Shown here: positions 9,488 to 17,068 of the stretch, one piece after another
Numbering within the stretch: position 1 is the stretch's first letter
How the letters are laid out: every line of letters starts with the position of its first letter
Virus record (IMG/VR): IMGVR_UViG_3300015214_000028
Location: 64,001 to 86,717 of that record
Length of the DNA: 22,717 bases
From: a virus
Lineage: Duplodnaviria > Heunggongvirae > Uroviricota > Caudoviricetes
Reading direction: 5' to 3' (one strand)
The notes under the pieces: model-generated
Seen by the model: only the letters and a program-made list of their open reading frames with translations
Told to the model about the DNA's origin: nothing
The model's database searches: none
Translations under genes and position numbers: made by a program

Positions 9488-9511
9488 AAAGAATGGGGGC
9501 CTAAGCCCCCA
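9488..9511 (-). terminator. Rho-independent terminator after the major tail protein gene
   Basis: Minus strand TGGGGGC-TTAG-GCCCCCA (7-bp stem, 4-nt loop) followed by TTCTTT, immediately after the stop at 9516. Confidence 0.8.
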
Positions 9512-9515
9512 CCCA

Positions 9516-10592
9516 TTAAGCGTGATAGTACTTGACCGTAAGGTCGTTTGTAGCTGTCGCGTCGTAGTTGCTGCCGCTATAGCCCTGAGCGGTGAAATCC
9601 ATGCTCACGGATACAACGTCTTGTACATCAACGTTGGGAATTTGAAGGAAAATAGCATCCATTTCAAGTTCCACTTTTGTAGTATTACCAGCGCCGCCAA
9701 TCTGAATACCTAATGCAAACTTTGGTTCCGTAGTGCTATTGGACTGCAGAAGCATATCCTCTAGTAGCTCAGCGGTTTCATTCGAACCAGTTTTTAGATA
9801 CGCAGTTAAATTACCACTAATAGCTCTTGAACCAGTAAAGTAGCCAATAGCATTGTTAACAACCCCCAGAGATTCTGGAACTACGAACTCAATATTATTT
9901 GAGTAAGTAAAACTTCCTCCCGTAATTGGAATAGTGTAGGCTGTGCCGCCTCCCCCAATATCCGCTTCTAGAGTAATTGTACTTAGTTTATTAGTAATAA
10001 ACGTATCTGCTACTGGATTGATTGGAAATGCAATATTATCCAGAGCTGCCCTGAGCCCCCCAGTATCCGTCATATCCACTAATCTATTTGCAAAGCCGGA
10101 CCAAGCAATTTGAGCAATGCCTGTAAGATCAAAAGAAATTTCTGCTGTGTTTACAGCGCAATTTTCTAACTTATAGATACTATTGTCAACCACGAAAAAT
10201 AGGTTGAAAACAAGCAATTGGTTTTTGTTAGATCCGGAGGTGCTGGCTACTGCTGGTACTGCTGCTGTGAAAGCGCTAAGTGAATCACTTAGTAGCGCAG
10301 CCCATAATGGAAACTCGGGAGCTTTAATAACCGTAGTATCCTTATAAGGGCGAATATAACTATTGAAAGACCATTCTGCAGCGTTTAGCTGAGTATTGAA
10401 AGACCTCTGACCACGAATAGGTGCAACACCTGCTTCAGATAGTTCGATAGTAGTAGTTTCAACAGATTGTGAGAAGTTGAACCCATCTAGAACTTGAATC
10501 TGAAACGTATTCACATCAGAGATATTTGCAGGGGTAGTACCATCTAAAGTACTAAAGTAGACCTTAGTACTTCTACTTAAATTTACTGCCAT
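9516..10592 (-). CDS. Major tail tube protein, T5 pb6-like, lacking the C-terminal Ig-like domain (358 aa)
   Basis: LSRSTKVYFST, EAGVAPIRGQRSFNTQLNAAEWSFNSYIRPY, FITNKLSTITL, IPITGGSFT...NNI, GNLTAYL match motifs I recall from pb6; strong SD (AGGAG). Confidence 0.88.
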   Translation of the reverse strand: MAVNLSRSTKVYFSTLDGTTPANISDVNTFQIQVLDGFNFSQSVETTTIELSEAGVAPIRGQRSFNTQLNAAEWSFNSYIRPYKDTTVIKAPEFPLWAALLSDSLSAFTAAVPAVASTSGSNKNQLLVFNLFFVVDNSIYKLENCAVNTAEISFDLTGIAQIAWSGFANRLVDMTDTGGLRAALDNIAFPINPVADTFITNKLSTITLEADIGGGGTAYTIPITGGSFTYSNNIEFVVPESLGVVNNAIGYFTGSRAISGNLTAYLKTGSNETAELLEDMLLQSNSTTEPKFALGIQIGGAGNTTKVELEMDAIFLQIPNVDVQDVVSVSMDFTAQGYSGSNYDATATNDLTVKYYHA

Positions 10593-10603
10593 TAATAATT
10601 CTC

Positions 10604-11047
10604 CTATGTACTTGGTAGTACTGGATACCGGACTTGGAGATTAACTTCTCCCACCCCATTAGGAGCTAGCAATCCTTCATCCGTAATAATTGATGTAACT
10701 AAAATTTCTGTAGTAGCATTTCCTTCCCCAAGGTCTAGAGTTTCGTTTTGTGAAACAACCAGTTCTACATCAGAAATTAAGTTTTCTAAAAGCTCATGCG
10801 ACTCTTCCCCGTACACATAGAGCTTTAAAGCAACATTTAAATATCCCCACTTAAAGTCGCTAGGTAGATATTCCCTTGTTTCTGTACCGGCTACGACACA
10901 TACATAAGGAAAATCGTTTACTTCGTCCCAAAACATATGCTTTGAAACAACATTTGTGCCATACAAATTAGATTTGTAGGGGCTTTGTCCATTAATAAGC
11001 TTTAATTTTTCAGTTAAAGCAGTAACAATACGTTTTCGTGCAGACAA
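10604..11047 (-). CDS. Tail terminator protein, T5 p142-like (147 aa, TTG start)
   Basis: NLYG, FPYVCVVAGTETREYLPS, TDEGLLAPNGVGEVNLQVRY motifs; SD GAGGTG before the TTG; position before the tail tube gene. Confidence 0.85.
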   Translation of the reverse strand: MSARKRIVTALTEKLKLINGQSPYKSNLYGTNVVSKHMFWDEVNDFPYVCVVAGTETREYLPSDFKWGYLNVALKLYVYGEESHELLENLISDVELVVSQNETLDLGEGNATTEILVTSIITDEGLLAPNGVGEVNLQVRYPVLPST

Positions 11048-11067
11048 TTTCTCACCTCATCCACCCA

Positions 11068-11096
11068 ATTATACTATTAACAGAAACAAAAGTCAA
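11068..11096 (-). promoter_or_regulatory. Near-consensus sigma70-type promoter driving the tail terminator and tail tube genes
   Basis: Minus strand TTGACT-N17-TATAAT (-35 at 11096-11091, -10 at 11073-11068), with an A-tract upstream, in a 63-nt intergenic gap and about 20 nt before the TTG. Confidence 0.85.
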
Positions 11097-11110
11097 CAGT
11101 GTTTTTTGCT

Positions 11111-12739
11111 TCAGACGTGAACAACCTTTAGTCTGTTTTTAATTAATTCTACGGCAATTTCTCTTACTGTTTTATCAATAAGAGTTCTAGGGTCATACCC
11201 TTTATGTCCTTGAGCGTACCCAGGCTCGAATGTTTGGTACGGATATTTCATATAGGTTAAAAAAGCAGTAACTGCACCTGTTCTAGGGTCTCGCTGTAAA
11301 TTTTCTACTTGCACTGACCTAGCAAATCTTCCCGTTCTGTATATAAGATGAGGACGGTGCATGTTTTCTTTTAATCTGTCGTGTAGTTGATATTGTAATA
11401 GTGCTTGAATATTCACTAAAGAAGCAAAACGACCAGTAGTTTCTCTTAAAGCTACTTTTGCACGCCTTGAGGCGGCCTGTCTTTGTTTTTTAGTAAAAGT
11501 ACGGGTTGCAATAGTTGCCCCTACTGCCACAGCCGGAGCTTTAGGGCCTTTTATAGACTCGGAAACTTTAGCTTTACTCTTTTTATTTTTGGATTTTTTA
11601 CCCATTACATTATCAATTAAAGCGTCTGCCATTTGATCCGTAAATTTAGGAGAAAACCCATAATCTGCTAAGATTTCTACAATTATATTCAAATCTTTCT
11701 TTACTGCTTTTTCTAAGCTCTGCCCTAATTCTCTATTAGTTTTTGCATTTTGGGAAATAACAATTACCGCTTCAAACCTAGCCAGAGTGTCTAAAACTTC
11801 TTTATCTAATTCTAAAGAAATAGAAGCTAGCTCTCCTGAAACTGATCCGCTAAATTCTGCATAAGCTTTACCAAGACTATCATTTATTTTTGAAACGATT
11901 TCTCCATAATTTTCACTTACTTGTAACGACGACAATAAGCTAGCGATTTCTTTTTCTGAACCTTTTGAAGTTCCCGGTAATTTTAGTGCTTTTCTAACGT
12001 AATCTGGAATCTTTTCTGCCTTCTCTTTAAATTTCCACTTATATGTTAATTTTTCAGCATTTGGAGCTTGCTCCATATTTCTAGCAACCCATCGGGCAAT
12101 TCTGGGCTCTTGATTTTCTAGATAAGGAGAGTTCGGACCATAAAGTCTAAGGCTCTCAAAAATTCCAGCAGTGCTCATATATCTTTTAGCATTTGCTGTG
12201 AAAGCCCCTTCGTCACTAATTAACTGTTCGCCATAGTTAACATTCAACGTAACAGGAGTAGTTAAAGAAGAATGCTGAGAAGAGTAAGCGTGTCCAGCAT
12301 TTAAAAGATGCGTTTCACCTTCTTTACTTGCGTACTTTTCTAGGTACTTACTCATAGTGCCAATAAAAGGCTGTACGTTTAAATATCTAGTTCCAAATAC
12401 ACCGATGGGAACACCCTTAGAATTAGTTATAACAGCCTTAGTTAAAACACTGGTAGTACCCCTCTTTGGCAGTTCCATTTTACTCAGTTCTGCTATAGAA
12501 ACTCTAGGTGCATCTGCATATTTGTTACTGGCTAGAGCAAAATCTACCGCCTCTTTTAATGCTTTCGCTACATCAGTGCCGTCTTTCCATACTATATCAG
12601 ATAGAGCTCTAGACAAAGAGTTGTAATCAATAGGAGTGAAGTGCGGTCTAGTATTTAAAATCTTTCTCTCCATAGTAGTTGCTGAATTTAGCATCCATCT
12701 AAAAAGAGTAGATAGTTTTCTTTGTCCTGGTGAGCTCAT
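11111..12739 (-). CDS. Tail completion/neck protein, T5 p143-like C-terminus with a long N-terminal extension (542 aa)
   Basis: C-terminal TGRFASL...LIYRTGRFARSVQV...YMKYPYQTFEPG...DPRTLI...IAVELI motif; position between head completion and tail terminator genes. Confidence 0.75.
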   Translation of the reverse strand: MSSPGQRKLSTLFRWMLNSATTMERKILNTRPHFTPIDYNSLSRALSDIVWKDGTDVAKALKEAVDFALASNKYADAPRVSIAELSKMELPKRGTTSVLTKAVITNSKGVPIGVFGTRYLNVQPFIGTMSKYLEKYASKEGETHLLNAGHAYSSQHSSLTTPVTLNVNYGEQLISDEGAFTANAKRYMSTAGIFESLRLYGPNSPYLENQEPRIARWVARNMEQAPNAEKLTYKWKFKEKAEKIPDYVRKALKLPGTSKGSEKEIASLLSSLQVSENYGEIVSKINDSLGKAYAEFSGSVSGELASISLELDKEVLDTLARFEAVIVISQNAKTNRELGQSLEKAVKKDLNIIVEILADYGFSPKFTDQMADALIDNVMGKKSKNKKSKAKVSESIKGPKAPAVAVGATIATRTFTKKQRQAASRRAKVALRETTGRFASLVNIQALLQYQLHDRLKENMHRPHLIYRTGRFARSVQVENLQRDPRTGAVTAFLTYMKYPYQTFEPGYAQGHKGYDPRTLIDKTVREIAVELIKNRLKVVHV

Positions 12740-13308
12740 AATACTATCCTATATAGGTCTAAAACTCGCCTAATATGAGAAGGCATACCAGCATCCATTA
12801 CAAACTCTACAACCGTGTTACCCTGACTTTTTCTAGGTGTACTTTCACTTTTATAGTAGTAGTCTACTAAATCAATAACTGCTAATCTAAGGTCGTCAGG
12901 AGTTTTTTGATACCCACCGGTATACTTGATTCTGTATGAATTAGGTCCCCAGTAGGGTAAGGAATCCTTTAAATAGACGGTACTTTTATTAACATTAACT
13001 CCGTAATCTGTACCTTGTACAAGAGGAGTGTAGCTAGTACCTAAATCTTCTGAGTATGCAACTTCAATAACACTTACTAACGGTTCCTCCGGTAAGTATA
13101 CAAGTCCTGGAGAACTAGTAAAAAACTCTTGCTCTAAATATTCTAAAGTATATTTGTTATATCCATCTATAAAATTTCTGCCACAGTAAGTTTTAACTAA
13201 AGCAGAAACATTCTTTATAATTGCGGTAAGTCTATCGTCAAATTGAATACTATTAATTGTTGCATGTAACTTATACTCATCTAATGAAATTAATGAGGCT
13301 CCGGCCAT
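12736..13308 (-). CDS. Head completion/head-tail connector protein, T5 p144-like (190 aa)
   Basis: LISLDEYK...VSALVKTYCGRNF, YTGGY..TPDDLRLAVIDLVDYYYK, MPSHIRRVLDLYR: a gp6/gp15-type connector signature. Confidence 0.85.
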   Translation of the reverse strand: MAGASLISLDEYKLHATINSIQFDDRLTAIIKNVSALVKTYCGRNFIDGYNKYTLEYLEQEFFTSSPGLVYLPEEPLVSVIEVAYSEDLGTSYTPLVQGTDYGVNVNKSTVYLKDSLPYWGPNSYRIKYTGGYQKTPDDLRLAVIDLVDYYYKSESTPRKSQGNTVVEFVMDAGMPSHIRRVLDLYRIVL

Positions 13309-14369
13309 ACTTTTTCCTTATAATAGGCTAGATTATTTTGTAATCTAGTATCTTCTGGCTCTAAAGCCAATGCTTTTTCTCCGAAATCTGCTGCAGAAGT
13401 ATAACTACCCATGTAGTATGAACTTAGAGCTAGTAAGTCTAAAAAAGTACTATCTTTATGGGCTCTGGGCTCTCGCATATACACTAATTCAGGATTATGA
13501 ATATTTAAACCGGTATTTGCAGCTCGAAAACATAGGTCCCACTTTTTTCGTCTCATAGCAAACTCTGCTAAGGCTAGCCAAGCTGATTTACTCTGTGCTC
13601 TGCTGGTTACTGCAGCATAGTAGTGTCTTTCCGCTAGTTCAGGCAAGTCTAGTGCTTCGTATATTTGTCCTAGTAGTCTGTGAGCATAGGCTACTTCTTC
13701 TATCCATAGTTTTTCTTGGCCCAAAGCTAAAAACTCTGTCAATATTTTCTTTGCTTCGGAGTATTTACAATAGAAAAATAATTCTCGTCCGTAATACAGT
13801 ATATGCCTAGGAGACTTGATATTTTCTTTGTAGTCTACTTCTAACAAATCTAAGTACTGAGATCGAGGTTTGGTATTGTCGGGGTAGTGTGAAACTAATA
13901 ATTCATTTGTTTGGGCGAACACTTCCTCTAGACGAGCATCCGGAGTTAGTACCTCATGACAGGCGCCCTTCCAAAAGTACCCGTTTCTACGATGAATTTT
14001 ATCAGAATGAAACACAACCCCCGAACTCCAGTCAAATAAATAAGACAGTCTAGTTACTTTAGGGTCCTGAAACTTGAGGGTTACCAAATCTCTCCACCCC
14101 GGGTTTAGTACTTCGTCTAAATCTAAACAAATACACACGTCTACATCAGGAGACACTAAAGATAACGAAATGTCTCTGGCTTTATCAAATCTCCAAGGCT
14201 TGATTGATGCTTGAAAAACTTTAATTCCTAGAGCCCTTGCAAGCTCCACGGTTTTATCCGTGGAGCCCGTGTCTAATAGTACAATTTCGTCTGCTTCTTT
14301 AGCGGATTCGTAAAATCTTTGAACAAATTTTTCTTCGTTCTTGCTTATTGCATATACAGCGATTTTCAT
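13290..14369 (-). CDS. Family 2 glycosyltransferase with C-terminal TPR repeats (359 aa)
   Basis: GT-A N-terminus IAVYAISKNEE...LLDTGSTD...FDKARD...CLDLDE (DxD); C-terminal helical TPR-like units (LYYGRELF, LLGQIYEAL, AWLALAEFA, ALALEP..RLQNNL). Confidence 0.88.
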   Translation of the reverse strand: MKIAVYAISKNEEKFVQRFYESAKEADEIVLLDTGSTDKTVELARALGIKVFQASIKPWRFDKARDISLSLVSPDVDVCICLDLDEVLNPGWRDLVTLKFQDPKVTRLSYLFDWSSGVVFHSDKIHRRNGYFWKGACHEVLTPDARLEEVFAQTNELLVSHYPDNTKPRSQYLDLLEVDYKENIKSPRHILYYGRELFFYCKYSEAKKILTEFLALGQEKLWIEEVAYAHRLLGQIYEALDLPELAERHYYAAVTSRAQSKSAWLALAEFAMRRKKWDLCFRAANTGLNIHNPELVYMREPRAHKDSTFLDLLALSSYYMGSYTSAADFGEKALALEPEDTRLQNNLAYYKEKVWPEPH

Positions 14370-14418
14370 TTTGTTGTTTTACTTAGATCGCATGTGCGAC
14401 CCATTTGCGTCCACCGAA

Positions 14419-14452
14419 ACCCGTCTTGCGGAGGATCAGTCCGCGGGCGGGT
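14419..14452. other. Interrupted hairpin in the non-coding gap at the edge of a GC-rich segment
   Basis: ACCCG-tctt-GCGGA-ggatcag-TCCGC-ggg-CGGGT: two 5-bp stems with an internal loop and only a short T run on the minus strand; function unknown. Confidence 0.4.
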
Positions 14453-14511
14453 AAGTGCTTGATTCGATTGATGGCCGAAAAGGGTATTGGAAACAACAAT
14501 CCAGCCGTGAG

Positions 14512-14796
14512 TCAGGGATCCCTCCGCTCCTCAACCTGGCGGCCATGTCGCTCCATCTCCGCTGACTCAAAGCCCTGGTCGCGAATCCAGTCTGCGATCA
14601 GCTGGCGCGACCGGCGATCGATGCGCCCGTTCATGCCGGTGATCCACGCCCGGCGGCCCGCCGACATGACGAACGCGACGGTGTGATACGGCGCGCGACT
14701 CTCGTAGCCGTCCGGCTCGTCATACAGGCGCAGAATCCAGCCGATCGGTTCGGCGTGCAGGCTCGGGGCAAGCGGGTCAGTTGAGGCTGGCTTCAT
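14512..14796 (-). CDS. Hypothetical protein, 94 aa (true start is probably the ATG at 14796, not 14877)
   Basis: The ATG overlaps the upstream TGA (ATGA). The sequence MKPAS...LHAEPIGWILRLY...APYHTV...AWITGMNG...ERHG has protein-like composition and GC-rich codons like its upstream neighbour. Confidence 0.65.
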   Translation of the reverse strand: MKPASTDPLAPSLHAEPIGWILRLYDEPDGYESRAPYHTVAFVMSAGRRAWITGMNGRIDRRSRQLIADWIRDQGFESAEMERHGRQVEERRDP

Positions 14797-16808
14797 AGGA
14801 CAAAAGCGGGGCGAATCCCGAGGTTCGTGGCCACGGTGCTGCGTGGGCCACTCGCGTCCAGCGCGAACACCCCGCACTCGTCGCCGGTGCCCCAGTTGCC
14901 GCAGCGGATCGAGAGCCGTTCTTCGGAAGTGTTAATCCAGAACCCGTCGCCGCCGAGCCCGCTCGGGGCTATCGGAAACAGGCTGAGCGCCTGCAATCTT
15001 GCGAGCGCAGGCTCGCTGACGGGGTTATCCCCTGTACTGTTCGTCATCCCCTCAAATGCCGTTGTGCTGACGCAGTACAGCGTATAGTCCGCCGTGCCGC
15101 TAGCCGCTTCCGCATACTTAACCGTGCCCTCGCTGCCAGGCGCAACCAGTGCGCCAGTTGCACCGTCGATTGCACGCCACGCCGTCGAAGTGTTTGAGAG
15201 ATCGGCATCGTCCACTGCCGCGTCGTTGTTCTCGATAATCTGGATCTCGGCGTCGACAATGCGCATGCCGGGCGACCACTCCCAGACGTTGCCGCTAAGA
15301 TCTGCAATTCCGAACGGCGTGTTGTCGTGCCGCCATGACATCGGGCCGGAGCCGGCGAGCGTTCTTCCTTGCGTGCCTTGGCTGCTGCCAGTCACAGCAA
15401 GCCCGTCTGATCGCACGCCGACTTCGGTGATGAGATCGCTGCTGCGACCGTGCGCGGTGTTCCCCCTAGGCTGGAATCCGCTTTTCCAACACCACAGCGC
15501 GATGGCGGCGCGCTCCACGTCTGTCATCGCGTGCCAGCCTGGCCCGTTGGCTCGGGCGAGGGCCACAGCGTTGTCGTGGTCGATTTCCACCAGCGGATCA
15601 ACGCCGGGCAAGCTGAGCATCTCACCGTCCGCCGAACTACCGAGATACTGCCCAATGTAGATCGCGTCCTTGACAACGCCACCGACGACGAACGCAGGGT
15701 GAGGGCCGGTGCCGAGACTCAGGTCAATGTCTTCGAGGTTGAAGCGTGGGATACGCACCATGTGACACGGCTGACCCTTGGCTGTGTACAGAATGACGTT
15801 GTCGTCTCGCGCCGCCGGGTAGACGTTCGGAACGGCACATTTCGAGCGTGCCCACGCGAGTGCCGTTGACCTTTCCGACACCGACAGTTGCCTATCAAAC
15901 GCCATCAAGCCGTTGATCTCCCCTCCAATTGTCGAAAAGAAATCTCCGACACCACCTTCATACGTTTCCGGGCCAATCGACCAGACGCCCGCACGACACG
16001 CCAACGGTGCCCAATATGCCCCGGTCGGCGTCGCAACAATGATCTCACCGGCTGCGATTGTCGAGAGCGTGACCGTGAGTGCATCATCCGACCCGTCAAA
16101 CGACAGACACGGTTTGTCGTTGGTGTCGAGAATGAGGGTGGGACGGGATACCGTCGAGGATTGCGAGGCGTGGTTGCCGGGGAGCTCGCGGACAGAGTAT
16201 GCAGACTCGTCAATCTCAATGGCTTGTCCGTTACCTGACATAAACGTGAAATGTGCGTCGATCGAGGACGCCTGCCAAAATATTGTAAAAGAGTTCCACG
16301 CATCGTCCGAAGATTCAATTCCTTGTGTCAGCCCTGAGCCCCCACCGCCGCTTCCAGATTGAATCTGAGCCCAGACACTGGCCTCTCCCGCGATGCGGCG
16401 AAAACGGCCCGCAAACCTGTACGTTTTGCCAATCGTCAGTCCGGTAATTTCTTCGCTGACCCCGGTAGACAGCCCCGACTCCGCACCAACAAAGGTAATG
16501 ATCCCTCCTGACCGTGTTACTGTGCCATCTGTATCCGCACGCTTGTCGAGCAGAGTTGGGTTGCCCAACTCCGGCCCAAGCTCCAACCCCTTTGACCGAT
16601 CCAACACCAGCCCAACAGGCTGATTCAAAGCCCCCGGCACCGTTCCCTCCGAGTCCTGAAACAGCGTTGAGGTGTCGGAGGGATCAAGCCACAGGGATTG
16701 GGTGAACTTGGCGTGCAGGGCGACGACTTGGTGCTCTAAAGTTCCTTCTCCAAAAATAGCTCGATACCAAGCATTTTTTGAAAAAGGTTTAAAAGGATTT
16801 AATTTCAT
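14793..16808 (-). CDS. Multi-domain receptor-binding/adhesin protein: ConA/LamG-like domain with an inserted CBM-like domain, plus a C-terminal Mtd-like FGE-sulfatase/C-type lectin domain (671 aa)
   Basis: WLDPSDTSTLFQD...QPVGLVLDRS and RPTL...LSFDGSDD motifs; GKTYRFAGRF...SVREL beta-sandwich insert; HPAFVVGG...IYIGQY, GWHAMT..E.AAIA, GIADLSGNVWEW, R-x-GNW...GVFAL...RS...G-x-RPA terminus. Confidence 0.82.
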   Translation of the reverse strand: MKLNPFKPFSKNAWYRAIFGEGTLEHQVVALHAKFTQSLWLDPSDTSTLFQDSEGTVPGALNQPVGLVLDRSKGLELGPELGNPTLLDKRADTDGTVTRSGGIITFVGAESGLSTGVSEEITGLTIGKTYRFAGRFRRIAGEASVWAQIQSGSGGGGSGLTQGIESSDDAWNSFTIFWQASSIDAHFTFMSGNGQAIEIDESAYSVRELPGNHASQSSTVSRPTLILDTNDKPCLSFDGSDDALTVTLSTIAAGEIIVATPTGAYWAPLACRAGVWSIGPETYEGGVGDFFSTIGGEINGLMAFDRQLSVSERSTALAWARSKCAVPNVYPAARDDNVILYTAKGQPCHMVRIPRFNLEDIDLSLGTGPHPAFVVGGVVKDAIYIGQYLGSSADGEMLSLPGVDPLVEIDHDNAVALARANGPGWHAMTDVERAAIALWCWKSGFQPRGNTAHGRSSDLITEVGVRSDGLAVTGSSQGTQGRTLAGSGPMSWRHDNTPFGIADLSGNVWEWSPGMRIVDAEIQIIENNDAAVDDADLSNTSTAWRAIDGATGALVAPGSEGTVKYAEAASGTADYTLYCVSTTAFEGMTNSTGDNPVSEPALARLQALSLFPIAPSGLGGDGFWINTSEERLSIRCGNWGTGDECGVFALDASGPRSTVATNLGIRPAFVL

Positions 16809-17068
16809 TTGTCAACAATAACAGTAGCTGAATCAGCCGCCCCGTATCCGGGAACTACTTTAAGCCAAATATACCCTTCACTAAGTGCTTTTCTAGTAAT
16901 ACCACTATCCCTAGTTAGACGATGACCAATAACTGTGGGCGCAACATTCGTAGCAGTAGTAGCTACTTCTAACATTACAGGACTTTCCCATGTTACTAGC
17001 ACATTTTCATCTGCTGCGTCTGCAACTTTTGTCCAAGCTCCAGCAACTGAAATATTATAAGTTGTCAT
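16805..17068 (-). CDS. Hypothetical beta-rich virion-associated protein, 87 aa
   Basis: Overlaps both neighbours in the operon; Thr/Val/Ala-rich; AT-rich native codon usage. Confidence 0.7.
   Translation of the reverse strand: MTTYNISVAGAWTKVADAADENVLVTWESPVMLEVATTATNVAPTVIGHRLTRDSGITRKALSEGYIWLKVVPGYGAADSATVIVDK

Larger units (their letters stand above)
14387..16737. other. GC-rich horizontally acquired segment 1
   Basis: Hand counts: 67% GC at 15301-15360, 62% at 16321-16380 and 57% at 16681-16740, against 32% at 16741-16800; both edges are abrupt. Confidence 0.85.

Noticed and set aside
9472-9500. TATAAT upstream of the tail chaperone gene
   Set aside because: The -35 position falls in the GC terminator stem with no TTGACA-like match and no extended -10 TG.
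2714-13810. Short plus-strand ORFs antisense to the tail, TMP and GT genes
   Set aside because: They are antisense shadows of strongly supported minus-strand genes and have low-information Ser/Leu/Phe-rich sequences.
14455-14511. AACAACAAT-containing stretch considered as a DGR template repeat
   Set aside because: It is on the opposite strand, too short, and does not align to the variable-region-like sequence at 14793-14915.
14793-15806. Annotation as a formylglycine-generating enzyme/sulfatase-modifying factor
   Set aside because: The fold family is shared, but the context (fibre array, fusion to lectin-like domains, Mtd-type terminus) indicates a binding domain rather than an enzyme.
14405-16705. 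Plus-strand and alternative-frame ORFs inside GC segment 1
   Set aside because: High GC suppresses stop codons; all overlap the motif-rich 671-aa or 94-aa genes and run against the operon logic.
16787-16815. TTGACA hexamer on the minus strand at 16815-16810
   Set aside because: There is no -10-like hexamer at 16-18 nt spacing, and it lies in the coding end of the 87-aa gene.
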